This document shows, piece after piece, positions 33,902 through 46,683 of a stretch of DNA of 64,000 bases (position 1 is its first letter; each line of letters begins with the position of its first letter). Origin of the DNA: Squalus acanthias (lineage: Eukaryota). A program made the position numbers and the translations under genes. The DNA is taken from positions 54,810,001 through 54,874,000 of the forward strand of contig CM059432.1 of NCBI GenBank assembly GCA_030390025.1, given 5' to 3'. A model generated the notes under the pieces. That model saw nothing but the letters and a program-made list of their open reading frames with translations, was not told the origin of the DNA and did no database searches.

Positions 33902-34899
33902 CAGTATATTCTTACAGTGTAATCCAGCGCAGAAACCTAGTGTAATGCAATGTAGTTCAAAGCAGAAATATAATCTCGATGTCCGGAGAAGTCCAGGAGA
34001 TCGGAAACTAATTTGACAAAAGAATTCCGCAGCTTAAGACTTGAAGTGACTGAAAAACAAAGCAGTGCCACAGCCGCTGAGTCAAACCGTGTAGTCAATG
34101 AGGTCCTGTCCGCGGGGAATCCAGTGATTGAGGTCAAGTTTCAGCAGAGTTCCAGCAGTTGAAGGAGCTCAGTGAGAACAAAGACACTGGGGGATGGGGA
34201 ATGAATGGGTCGAGAGCGGTGGTAGAGGTCGAGCTGGATGTCGGCAGCGTGCATGTGTTATGGCGAATGCCTACAATCTCAAACATCCATAAGATAAAAC
34301 TTAAAAATACAATTTAAAAAATCCTAGATATACTTTTAACTTAAAGAACCGTGAGAATTTAAGAGAAATTAAGGATACTTTGGAAAAACTTAAACGTAGT
34401 TTTAAAAATTTTAGGTAGCTGCAGGGCCCTTGTGGCTTTCCACAATGGAGCCCGCTGCAAGCAAGCCCATAATACTTCTTTGCCAGTGGAAGCCACTGAG
34501 TGGTGAGAGAATGCTCCTACTCCACCTACCCACACCCTGCACTGCTATTTGCATGTGGCAAGCAAGGATGTGACAGCCGACTATCTCCTTTCCCAGCCAT
34601 GAGGCGGGGAAGGAGAATCTTTGAGGCACTTTTCTTGGGGCAGGAATTCGGTGGTCGTCCTACCACCTCATTTTCCTCCTGTTAATGCTCTGCGACCGCG
34701 TGGAAACAGGTGGATTCCTGAAAGTGAATCCAGCCTACCTATCTCAAAAGTCGTGATGATGTCGTGAGCCAAGGTTGTCCACTGTCGCCCATCCTATTTA
34801 ATGGCTTCGTCATTGGCGTTGGAGGTATGAGAACACTCGCTCAAATAACGTGCTCTATGACCAGCATGATTGGGTTGCAGATAGGCAAACAGCTGCTGT

Positions 34900-35100
34900 G
34901 GAATTTCTGCACCTCCAACTAGAGGAGTCACCATGTGGGTGATATTACTAGTGGCATCTTGGCATGATCCATACGTATAGAAGATAATGGCTGTTTTGAT
35001 CTTGCACACTGGCAGTGCTGTGTTTGTGAATGAATTTGATTGCAAGTCACTTTGCAGCACGTGGCACAATTCAGTCACGGATTTGTGAATCACAGCCTGG
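34900..35100 (-). pseudogene. Fragment of a second, older Harbinger transposase
   Basis: VTELCHVLQSDLQ...TALPV...FYTYGSCQDATSNI aligns by eye with VTELCHLLQPDLQ...TSLSV...FYATGSFQAAIGDI of the 6.9-7.9 kb transposase. Confidence 0.7.
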
Positions 35101-35109
35101 GTAAACATT

Positions 35110-35838
35110 GGCCCGAAATTTGCGGTGGATGTTATTACCCCTTTGAAACTGACCGCAACTTCAGAATGTAATGCATGCGCATCTAAACGCGCAAGTCCTG
35201 AAGTTGTGGTCAGTCATTCACTGCTCCGACACTGGCAGCTCTGTGGGCGCCCCCTACCCCCATAATCAGCAATCAGTGAAACTGACCAAAACTTGGGCTT
35301 TTCCGCGGTAATATCGCTGCTAAATGCCCCATTAAAAGTGAGGCCTTGTTGGATTAGGTGTAACTGGGATTTTAACAGCATATTGACTGCTAAACAAACA
35401 TTATGGCCCTGAAAAACTAATTTAAATTTTGTGGAGTGTTAAATTTCTCCATTATAATAATTACAATTTTTAAGAAACTTTAAAAAAAATTATATTTTTT
35501 AAAAGTTTGTTCATATTTATTTCAGATTTATCTTTTACCTATATGAGCGCCCCAATCTTTGTTTTGCTCTAATTTTTTTTAAAGTCTGAATAAAAGCAAC
35601 TTCTTCAGTCCCTGGTTCCCTGTCTGAGAATTCTACATTGTGATTGGCTGCTTAGACAGCTTGTTGACGTCACAGCAGAGCGCTCTAGGGATTCCCCACT
35701 ATTCTACATTGATCTCACTTGCATGTCGTAAAAGGCAAACTTCTCGCCACAGAGATCGCAAGATCTTTTGTCGGCTGCTTTCTTCGGGGACAGCAGTGAA
35801 CAATGTAGCCATCACACCTGTTGGCAACAGTCAGGGAC
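35110..35838 (+). mobile_element. Non-autonomous TIR element, GGCCC-ended family
   Basis: Left end ggcccgaaatttgcggt; internal blocks shared with 47.27-47.99 kb (ggattaggtgtaactggg...ttgactgctaaacaaa); right TIR degenerate. Confidence 0.75.
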
Positions 35839-36010
35839 AAATGGTAACTAGGTATAGTCAAAGTGGAATCAGTATTAATGAAACCGCATAGAGCATATAA
35901 TTAATTGCCTGTTTTCCCAGGCTTTGGGATTTTTCAAAAGATGGTCTGTTAATTTTGAGATGTATCAATTAGGAAATGAAGAAATTGTCAGGGATCAATT
36001 TGAGATTTTT

Positions 36011-36100
36011 CAAAAGCAAAATACTGCGGATGCTGTAAATCTGAAATAAAAACAGAAAATGCTGGAAATACTCAGCAGGTCAGGCAGCTTATGTGGAGAG
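36011..36100 (-). mobile_element. Short Penelope pLTR 3' fragment
   Basis: aaagcaaaatactgcggatgctg...ctcagcaggtcaggcagc; flanked by gagattttt direct repeats. Confidence 0.8.
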
Positions 36101-36974
36101 AGATTTTTTAAAGTTTTTTTTAAAAGTGGTTATAGTTGCAGACCAATAGGCTTTACAGTAATTGGAACAGATTGCTTTGTTATAGGAGTCAAAATGACCA
36201 CTGTAAATATGAGCAATAAAATGATTACCATGGATTTGGGGAAATTTTCTATGATGCAGTTTGGTAACAAAATTAGACTAAGTACAAGTCACATTTTTGA
36301 GCAGTGCTCGTTAGTGCTGGGCTATGTCTGTCCCGGAAGTGATACTCCACCATTACACTTAACTAAAATCCTGGTAATCACTCTGGCCTATAATTGCTAG
36401 TTTGGAATCCATTTGAAAAGTTGCCTGGCCTCTTCCTGAATGACAGAAAATATATCTTGTGCACTTGCAGGCTACAGTGTTGCTTTGTCCAGTCACATTT
36501 GTAGCTCTTGCCACTACATTGGTCTTGAATTGTATATATTTTATTTATCATTGAAGGATCCTGACACAGTGTGACAATGAGTAGGTGCTTATCTCAGCAT
36601 TGTTTTTGCTCATCCCAGATAATTGTGTGATATGCGCAAAATTGTTGCAATAGTTTTGGATTTATCGGCGCTCCATTTCAGTGATTTGATTACAAGTGTA
36701 AAGCCACCACTTGGTAGCTGCAGAATTCTTTAACCCATTCTAAACCTTGAGTTACTTGTGTGTATGAGATCATATCAGTTGCTGGTACTGAATAAATACG
36801 TAATCTCAAAAAAGACTGACTCATAGTTGGTGCAAGTGAGGTGAGCTCTTACATATGCAATTTACAATTTTTTTAAACTATGAAATATTTTTAAAAATTA
36901 TATGTTGTGCTCACATGTACCCTGTGAAGCCAGATTCCTGCTCTGTATTTGGGAGCAATTATTATATAATTTGA

Positions 36975-39033
36975 AACAAAAAGAAAATACTGCAGATGCT
37001 GGAAATCTGAAATAAAAACAGAAAATGCTGGAAATACTCAGCAGGTCAGGCAGCATCTGTGAAGAGGGAAACCGAGTTAACGTTTCAGGTCGATGACCTT
37101 TCGTCAGAACTGGAAAAAAGCAGGAAATGGAACAGATTTTTAAGCAAGTGTAGAGAACTTCCCCCCCCCCCACGGCCGCCAACCTCATAGTTCTCCAACC
37201 CCGCACAGCCCGCTTCTACCTCCTTCCCAAGATCCACAAACAGGACTGCCCCGGTAGACCCATCGTTTCAGCCTGTTCTTGCCCCACGGAACTTATCTCT
37301 TCCTATCTCAACTCTATTTTTTCTCCCCTTGTCCAGTCTCTTCCCACCTACATCCGCGACTCTTCCGACGCCCTCCGCCACTTTAACAGTTTCCAGTTTC
37401 CTGGCCCCAACCGCCTCCTTTTCACTGGACGTACAATCCCTCTACACCTCCATTCCCCACCAGGATGGCCTGAGGGCGCTCCGCTTCTTCCTTGAATAGA
37501 GGCCCAACCAATCCCCATCTACCACCACCCTCCTCCGCCTGGCTGAACTTGTTCTCACATTGAACAACTTCTCCTTTGACTCCATTCGCTTCCTCCAAAT
37601 CAAAGGTGTGGCTATGGGAGCCCGCATGGGTCCTAGCTATGCCTGCCTTTTCATGGGATATGTGGAACACTCTTTGTTCCAGTCCTACACAGGTCCCCTC
37701 CCTCACCTCTTTTTCCGGTACATTGATGACTGTATCGGTGCCGTTTCCTGCTCTCGCCATGAACTAGATAATTTCATTCACTTTGTTTCCAATTTCCACC
37801 CTTCCCTCACCTTCACATGGTCCATCTCCGACTCTTCCCTTCCCTTCCTCGACTTCTCCGTCTCCATCTCTGGGGATAGGTTATTGACCAACATTCACTA
37901 CAAGCCCACTGACTCCCACAGCTACCTGGACTACACTTCCTCCCACCCCGCCTCCTGTAAGGACTCTATTCCATTCTCCCAGTTTCTCCGTCTCCGCCGC
38001 ATCTGCTCTGACGATGGCACCTTCCATACCAGTGCTTCCGACATGTCTTCCTTTTTCCTCAACCGAGGATCCCCTCTACAGTGGTTGACACGGCCCTCGA
38101 CCGTGTCCGTTCTATCTCCCGCACTTCTGCCCTCACCCCTGCCCCTCCTTCCCGGAACCACGATAGAGTTCCCCTTGTCCTCACCTTTCACCCCACCAGC
38201 CTCCACATTCAATGTATCATCCTCCGCCATTTCCGCCACCTCCAGCGTGATCCCACCACCAAACGCATCTTCCCCTCACCTCCCCTTTCAGCATTCCGTA
38301 GGGACCGCTCCCTCCGCGACACCCTAGTCCACTCCTCTATCGCCCCCAACACCCCTTCCCCTTCGCCCGGCACCTTCCCGTGCAAGCGCAGGAGATGCAA
38401 CACATGCCCTTATACCTCCCCTCTTCCCACTGTCCAGGGCCCCAAACACCCCTTCCAGGTGAAACAGCAATTTACTTGTACTTCCTGCAATTTAGTATAC
38501 TGTATTCGCTGCTCACGAAGTGGTCGTCTCTACATTGGGGAGACCAAATGCAGATTGGGTGACCGCTTTGCGGAATACCTCCGTTCAGTCCGTAAGCGTG
38601 ACTCCGAGCTCCCGGTGGCCTGTCACTTTAATTCTCCACTCCACTCCCACTCTGACCTCACCGTCCTCGGCCTCTTGCATTGTTCCACGGAAGCTCAGCG
38701 TAAGCTCGAGGAACAACACCTCATCTTCCGATTAGGCACTTTACAGCCCTCTGGACTCAACATAGAGTTCAACAATTTCAGATCATAACATATTTTTTAT
38801 CCACACTTTTGTTCTGTTCTTCTCTCCCACGTCAGCTGTCTTCCATTCTGCCAGCGCAATTTACACTTCATCTAGAGCCATCCTTTGTTTCTTAACCTGT
38901 CCCATTACCATCCCCTTTTGCCTTGAATATCTCTTAATGTCTCTCAATGTCTCTTAATCTCTCCTGCCTTCCAGCCTATCACAGGCCTTCCCTTTTGTTC
39001 TTTCATCCCCTTGCCCAGCCACTACACTTGTTC
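36975..39033. mobile_element. Penelope-like element copy 3 with inversion (tail 36975-37155 on minus; RT-EN body 37160-39033 on plus, frameshifted)
   Basis: QIKGVAMGARMGPSYACLFMG, FRYIDD, GIY-YIG motif; 14-bp TSD attatataatttga at 36961-36974 and 39034-39047. Confidence 0.92.
37075..37111 (-). ncRNA. Minimal type I hammerhead ribozyme (GUU site)
   Basis: Minus strand AGTT-CTGACGA-(A)AGGTC-ATC-GACCT-GAAAC-GTT-AACT. Confidence 0.75.
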
Positions 39034-39754
39034 ATTATATAATTTGACTTTGTTTGAGCTCTCCCTAGAAAATGGCAGATGGTGTAAATATAGCATACAC
39101 AAAGATAATTCCAAAGTTTGTTTTGGGGGTAAGGTTAACCATGTAATTCTGAGAGTCAGTGCTGAGAAATGGAACACCCTTTCATTTTGGGATCCCAGTG
39201 TTCATCAGGTGCCCAATGAGTCGCACACGGTGAGAAGCTCCCTCTGATATGCTCAAACCTTAGCTTCACCCTTAGAACTATGTTATCAAACTTTTCTTTT
39301 TGGGGAACCACCTGCAAATATTGACGCGTGGGGGAAACCTTCACCTAATTTCCAGAATAACACTGTTAGCTATCCAAAGGAAACATGTTCACTACAGGGA
39401 GTCGAGACCAAGTGTAATTTTCAGGTAAAGTGTGGTTAGAAGTCGGGCATAATTGGACCCAGGGCATGCAAATGTAATTCAGGCCCCATTTTAAAGCATT
39501 ACTTTATGTATGTATTTTATATTTCCTATACCTTTGGAATCTTATCTGGTTGTAATTACGGCCACCTGCTAGTGTTGGTGCTGCAGCGTCTCCACGGGGG
39601 GGGAGGTGTAATTAGTGTGACGAGATTACATAGACAATCGCCATTATAAATGCGGACATAGGAAATTATAATAGAATAAGTTGAGGAAGTTCATGTAGAT
39701 GTAAGATACGTAAAAAAATATGTATGCAAAATATTTTGGAGAGGAAAGGAGAAC

Positions 39755-40072
39755 AGTATTGAGGGAGTGCTGCACTGTCAGATGTGCCATCTTTTGGATG
39801 AGAAGTTAAACTGAGGCCCCATCTGCCCTCAGATGGACATAAGAGATCCCAAAGCACTATTCGAAGACTAGCAGAGTTATCCCCGGTGTCCTGGCCAATA
39901 TTTATCCCTCAATCAACGTCACTACAATACAGATTATCTGGTCATTATCACGTTACTGTTCATGGGGCCTTGTGTGCAAATTGGCTGCTGCATTTCAAAA
40001 CTGCTACTTGGCTGTAAAGCTCTTTGGGACATCTGAGGTCATGAAAGGCACTATATAAATGCAAGTCTTTCT
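39755..40072 (+). mobile_element. Deu-domain SINE, 5'-truncated
   Basis: gagggagtgctgcactgtcagatgtgccatcttttggatgag...tatataaatgcaagtcttt. Confidence 0.75.
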
Positions 40073-41756
40073 AATATGAAAGATAGTAAGGGCTTGGCCC
40101 CAATTTCTCTTTCGTCCTCGTGTGTTGCAGCATCAGATCCAGCATGATAGTGACCCACGGCTATCTAAACCAGGGTGGTGATGCATCCTAGCCCACACCT
40201 CCAGACCCCCATTAGCTCCCTGCTTGAGCCCTGTGCTCCATTCTCCCACTCCTGGCCAGCCCCTGATGTTGGCAGCCCCCTCCATTTATGTTTCAAGCCC
40301 AGGAATCCATTTCTGCAGCTATCAGAGGGTCAGAGCTCAAATCTAGCTTCAGGGCTCCATGAAACAGGGAAAGAGAACTTTACAGAAAGGAATTGAGAGG
40401 CAGTAAGAGAATAGAAAAAATAGAAAGAGACCAAAGGATAATGAGACTTGGAAGAAGAATGAGAAAATCCAAGAATCATGCACAAAGTTTGAGAGAACAT
40501 TGAGAAAAGGTGTACGAGACCATAAGAGAGAGACAGACGAAGAATGAGAGAAAAATAAGAGAGACAGACCTAATTAGAGTATGAGCAGTGAGATAGCAAC
40601 AGAAAGAGGGAAAACAATTGTTACTTTCACCTATGAACATTCTTTTATGCTCAAAACTTAAATAATTAGTCCATCTGTTAAACTGATCAATCAGCAACAG
40701 GACTTCCAAAAAAGACATACCCAAGCTGTGTAATATTGATACTGGGCAAATCATTCACACTACTGTTTTGACAACTGTATAGCACTACTATGTAGTAAAG
40801 TAAGTCAGTTGGGATAAGCAGTTGTTTTGCTTTATGAGGCTTCACTGGATATCTGAAATGTGGAGGGGGTTTGTTGTATATTGCAGATGTGAAGATGCTG
40901 ATTATGTATTTTAGCAACGCAATGTGCAAAGTAATATTGAAAGCATTGTGAACAAGCCTCCAATGCAAGCAGACAGTTTTTAAAAAGAATAGCAAAATTC
41001 TTGCTAGAAAGTTGATTTTCAACTTTCTTCCTCCCATATGCAGTCACATTGGTTCAGTGCTCTGCAGCTTTGCTGTCCATTGCTCTGTCTGCAGCTTTGC
41101 TGTCCATTTTATTCAAAAAGAATCTGTATTCTATAGAAGTAAATGTTAGTGTATAAAATCCAACCTCAGGATGTATCAGTGTTGTTGAAATGCAAAATTT
41201 TTAATCTTGAAAGTGTAAAATATCATTCTAGTAGGATATAGTAAAGCTGTTCCTGGTTCAAATGGGTCAATAGTTGGGCATATCAAGAACTGAGTCCTTG
41301 CTTCTGGAGGACTGTGTTCTATATTTATTTAACTCTGAAGTCGTCCATCCATTTTATTAAGGTACACTGGGGCTGATTCCTTGATTGGTTACTCCAGCCT
41401 GAACTCAGTCCTTGTGGGTTGCACTGGCTAATTATAGGCCTGCAGCCTCTGATCTTCTATCCACTAATTTAAGCATTTGCAGATACAAATATTTGTTTTC
41501 ATTATTGTGACAATTTAGAGGCCATATGAAATAATTGTTCTCATTAAGTTCAAATAGAATCACTATCGGCACTGGTTGAAAGTTGTAGGATATCTGGGGT
41601 TCAGACATCCTAAAATTAATAGCACGTGGCCAAAGTCATGCATAGCTTTTTGAAAAAAAGATAATGCTCTCTACTGTGTACAACGTAAATAAAACTAAAT
41701 TATACGTGTGCCTGGTAAATTCAAAATATTTTTAATGCTCTTGGCAGGTGATAACT

Positions 41757-43265
41757 TTTTTTTAATTCGTTCCAGAATGTGGGCGTCGCTAGCAAGGCTA
41801 GCATTTATTGCCCATCCCTAATTGCTCTTAAAAAGGTGGTGGTGGTGAACCGCCTCCTTGAACCGCTGCAGTCTGTGTGGCGAAGGTATTCCCACAGTGC
41901 TGTTAGGTAGGGAGTTCCAGGATTTTGACCCAGTGACTATGAAAGAACGGCAATATATTTCCAAGTCAGGGTGGTGTGTAACTTGCAGGTGATGCTGTTC
42001 ACATGCGCCTGCTGCCCATGTCCTTCTAAGTGGTAGAGGTCGCGGGTTTGGGAGGTGCTGTTGAAGAAGCCTTGGCGCGTTGCTGCAGTGCATCTTGTAG
42101 ATGGTACACACTGCAGCCACGGTATGCCGGTGGTGGAGGGAGTGAATGTTTAAGGTGGTGGATGGGGTGTCGATCAAGTGGGCTGCTTTGTCATGGATGG
42201 TGTCTAGCTCCTTGAGTGTTGTTGGAGCTGCACTCATCCAGGCAAGTGGAGAGTATTCCACACACTCCTGACTTGTGCCTTGTAGATGGCGGAAAGGCTT
42301 TGGGGAGTCGGGAGATGAGGCACTCGCCGCAGAATACCCAGGCTCTGACCTGCTCTTGTGGCCACATTATTTATGTGGCTGGTCCTGTTCAATGGTGACC
42401 CCCAGGATGTTGATGGTGGGGGATTCAACGATGGTAATGCTGTTGAATGTCAAGGGGCAGTGGTTAGACTCTCGCTTGTTGGAGATAGTCATTGCCTGGC
42501 ACTTCTGTGGCGCGAATGTTACCTGCCACTTATCAGCCCAAGCCTGAATGTTGTCCAGGTCTTGTTGCATGCGGGCATGGACTGCTTCATTATCTGAGGA
42601 GTTGCGAATGGAACTGAACACTGCAATCATCAGCGAACATCCCCATTTCTGACCTTATGGAGGGAAGGTCATTGACGAAGCAGCTGAAGATGGTTGGGTC
42701 TAGGACACTGCCCTGAGGAACTCCTGCAGCGATGTCCTGGGGCTGAGATGATTGACCACCAACCACCACAACCATCTTCCTTTGTGCTAGGTATGACTCC
42801 AGCCAGTGGCGATTTTTCCCCCTGATTCCCATTGACTTCAGTTTTATTAGGGCTCCTTGATGCCACACTTGGTCAAATGCTGCCTTGATGTCAAGGGCAG
42901 TCACTCTGTCCTCGCCTCTGGAATTCAGCTGTTTTGTCCATGTTTAGACCAAGGCTGTAATAAGGTCTGGAACCGAGTGGTCCTGCCGGAACCCAAACTG
43001 AGCATCAGTGAGCAGGTTATTGGTGAGTAAGTGCCGCTTGATAGCACTGTCGACGACACCTTCCATCACTTTGCTCCTGATTGAGAGTAGACTGATGGGG
43101 CAGTAATTGGCCGGATTGGATTTGTCCTGCTTTTTGTGGACAGGACATACCTGGGCAGTTTTCCACATTGTTGAGTAGATGCCAGTGTTGTAGCTGTACT
43201 GGAACAGCTTGGCTAGAGGCGCGGCTAGTTCTGGAGCACAAGTCTTCAGCGCGACAGCCAGCTGT
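41757..43265 (-). mobile_element. CR1-like LINE RT/3' fragment
   Basis: NPANYCPISLL, ALDIKAAFDQVWH, GVPQGSVL, MFADD. Confidence 0.9.
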
Positions 43266-43399
43266 AGCATCCCATTACCTACAGCTCAGGAAATGAAGTA
43301 GAGGATAATACTTGGTGCTGCAGCATCAGAAGGCTTTTTAAGTTTAAATGAAGAAATGCGTGCAATATAACTCCCTTTATCCTAAATATTGTTGTAGTA

Positions 43400-43519
43400 C
43401 AAAAGCAAAATACTGCGGATGCTGGAAATCTGAAATAAAAACAGAAACTGCTGGAAATACTCACCAGCATCTGTGGTGAGAGAAACCGAGTTAACGTTTC
43501 AGGTCGATGACCCTTCGTC
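43400..43519 (-). mobile_element. Penelope pLTR fragment truncated inside the hammerhead core
   Basis: ...gagttaacgtttcaggtcgatgacccttcgtc; TSD tattgttgtagta 43387-43399 / tattgttttagta 43535-43547. Confidence 0.8.
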
Positions 43520-45314
43520 TTATTGTCTATCGTCTATTGTTTTAGTAATTAGAAATGGTACTTGGTAGCAAATAGAAACTTGGTAGCAAATGGAAAAACT
43601 GGCATAAATAGTAAACATTTAAATATTAGAATTGGTTAGATGCAATATAGCAATTTGTGTATGTTTATTAACATTGTAAAATTGAGAAAATGTAGTCTTA
43701 AGTATTTCAAGCATCTGAATTTAATTGGGTTCTGTAAGTATATAACTTCTGAAAAAGCCAGCTGACCTTGCAAATAGCTTCTTGGTGTGTATTTGCTTTA
43801 TATTTACAATGTAGCTGCAGTATCATGATATAGTTGTAGGACAGTACAAAATGTTCATTGGTAATTGTTACTGTATTTTCCAATACTAAATGAAATATAC
43901 TTGCAGAAAAATATAATTATTTCTGGGTCAGCATCTCATTCTTTTTCTCACCTGTTTTTGACACTTGTCTCTTATTTCCTCTTCGACCAAAAAGTCATGA
44001 GCGTGGTATATCCTGGTGTAGGTGGACCAGCGGTCATCAAATTGAATATTTGAAAAAGTTCCATGTGTCATAATTAGAAAAAATGAAACTAGTAAATAAG
44101 CAATGAAGTAGTTTAGTCCATATGTATGCAGATATTCATAATTAATAAAACCATATTATACAGTAACAATAATCCCATCTATTGGGGGTTAGATTGCTAA
44201 CTAGTGGTTGCTTAAAAATGCCAAAACAACTAAATTAATGAAATCATAGTTGGGATTCCTTGCATTAACTTTTGGGAGCAGTGGCTAAAGGCAATTACCA
44301 GTAGATTGACACATATGCTGATAACTATCAATAAGTTGTGGAAGAAGCTGTTCCCCCTCCCCCACCCTCTGCCCCCTCCCCCATTCGCTTCAACTACCTG
44401 CCTATTTAGAGGATATCTAACAGTGCACTGAGATTAATTTGGATTATATTTCAATCTGTTAACCTTGCAATGGCTTACATTCCTTTAAATAAAGTGCTGT
44501 AACTACCAGAAGCTTTCTCCATAGCCGCAAATCGGTTTGGAAAATGTTAGGAGGTGCAAAGACTTTTATCTGCAGAAACATGGCACTTATTAGGAACGAC
44601 AAACTAGCCTGTTTCTCCACATATGCTTCATGACAAATAGTCATATCAATTGATGGTTTCAAATGGAGTTACAGGCAATGCTTACTTTTTACTGCATGAC
44701 CTCCTCCAGCAAAGCACCAAGTTGTATTCCTATTAATACAACTGCTGTTTTCCCAATCAAATGTTATCAAACCAATCTGTATTTGAGGTTTTTAAGCTCT
44801 TTATTCCACTGAGACCTAGATTGAGACCACAGCTGGGAATGACCTTTCTGTCAGCCCTTGTGGTTTGTAAGTGAAAGGAACCTACTTTGTGAATTTTAAA
44901 CAGCTGACAGAAAAATGAGATGTCCATCCCAGCTGTCTGAGGCTCGTCCAGCCCAGGTGAAAGTTCAGTATTCTTATGTGCTCTTTTCCACAATCCCTTA
45001 AAAGAGGGAGAAAAATACTTCTATTCAGTTCACCCTTTAAGGTTGTTTGTGCCATCAGGCAAGCAGTAACCATGATTACTACTTGTAACAGGCATGGGTG
45101 ATCCAGCATTCTGTTCCCTCCCCTGCCTTGCTTTTTGCTGCAAATAAGTTTTGCTTTTTGTGGGATTGTTTAACTAGTAGGATGGTCAAGAATTGATGGA
45201 TTTCTTTCGCGTGTGACTGACAACTTGGGAGCAAACGAGAGTTTTCATTCTTACATTGTTGGGGAAATGAGACTTGAATATTTTTAATGAGTTTGCTATA
45301 AATGGATTTAGCTG

Positions 45315-45812
45315 TCTTTGCATTGGCGGCAGTTCAGAGAAGGTTCACGAGGTTGATTCCTGAGATGAAGGGGTTGTCTTATGAAGAAAGGTTGGGCCTA
45401 TACTCATTGGAGTTTAGAAGAATGAGAGGGGATCTTATTGAAACATATAAGATTCTGAGAGGGCTTGACAGGGTAGATGCAGAGAGGATGTTTCCCTTCG
45501 TGGAGGAATCTAGAACTAGGGGGCATAATTTCAGAATAAGGGGGCACCCATTTAAAACGGAAATGAGGCGGAATTTCTTCTCTGAGGGTCGTGAATCTTT
45601 GGAATTCTCTTCCCCAGAGAGCTGTGGAGGCTGGGTCATTGAATATATTTAAGGTGGAGATAGACAGATTTTTGAATGGTAAGGGAGTCAAGGGTTATGG
45701 GAAGCGGGCAGGGAAGTGGAGTTGAGGCCAAGATCAGATCAGCCATGATCTTATTGAATGGCGGAGCAGGCTCGAGGGGCCAAATGACCTACTCCTGCTC
45801 CTACGTCTTATG
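45315..45812 (+). mobile_element. CR1 LINE 3' fragment
   Basis: VQRRFTRLIPEMKGLSYEERLGLYSLEFRRMRGDLIETYKI. Confidence 0.88.
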
Positions 45813-46683
45813 TAAGTCTGTTATGTAAATGCTGGAAACGTAGTTCGAATGTCATACACTTGTGCTACAAGCCAGGTTTGTGATTACTGATTAGAAATGG
45901 GGGATTATTGGGTTTAAGCCCCACCACAGAACTTGAGCTCATCAGCAAAGCAGTAATTTTCAGATTTTCTTGTGTGTGGGGCATCCCCTGCAAAGATTGA
46001 CAATCCCAGGGACCTACTTTTTCTAAAAGATGACGTGAGCTACCCAAAGCAAAACAGTACTGTCATTGCAGAAAGCATGTTTCATTAGTAAGCAGTCACA
46101 GAAATTATGTGCTAGAAAGTCAACAAAAATGGAGAAATAAGTTGACTGTATAAATCTAATAGCTCCAAAGAGCCCCTGGGCTCCACTTCTAGGATCCCAT
46201 TTTAAAAACATATGATCTAGGCTGAGGGAGTGTTGTATCATTAGAGGTGCTGTCTTGTGGACATGCTAAACAGAGACCCAATCTCCCTGTTATAGTGATT
46301 CAAGTGGACATTATAAATCCCATCAAGCTATTAAAAGAGCAGGGACTTCCACCGATATCCTGGATAGCATTTCCCCCTTAATCAGTAACACCAAAATAAT
46401 CATTTAACTTGTTTGAGCTCTTGCTATGTGTAAAATGGCTGCTGTGTTCGCCTATCATAAGTCATTTGAATTACATTTCAGAGTAATTAATTTGTATGTG
46501 AAGTGCATTCAGACTTTAGTGAGATGTGGATAAGATGCTCTATAATAAATCCAAGTCTTTCTTTACTTGTTGCAGATTTTGCTGTTGAACACGGTATAAG
46601 GTTACATCCTCAAATGCATCTAGGAACAGTGATTGGTGTATTGATGTGCATTTCTGGTTTGTCGGGTTCCGTAAATGAATCTT

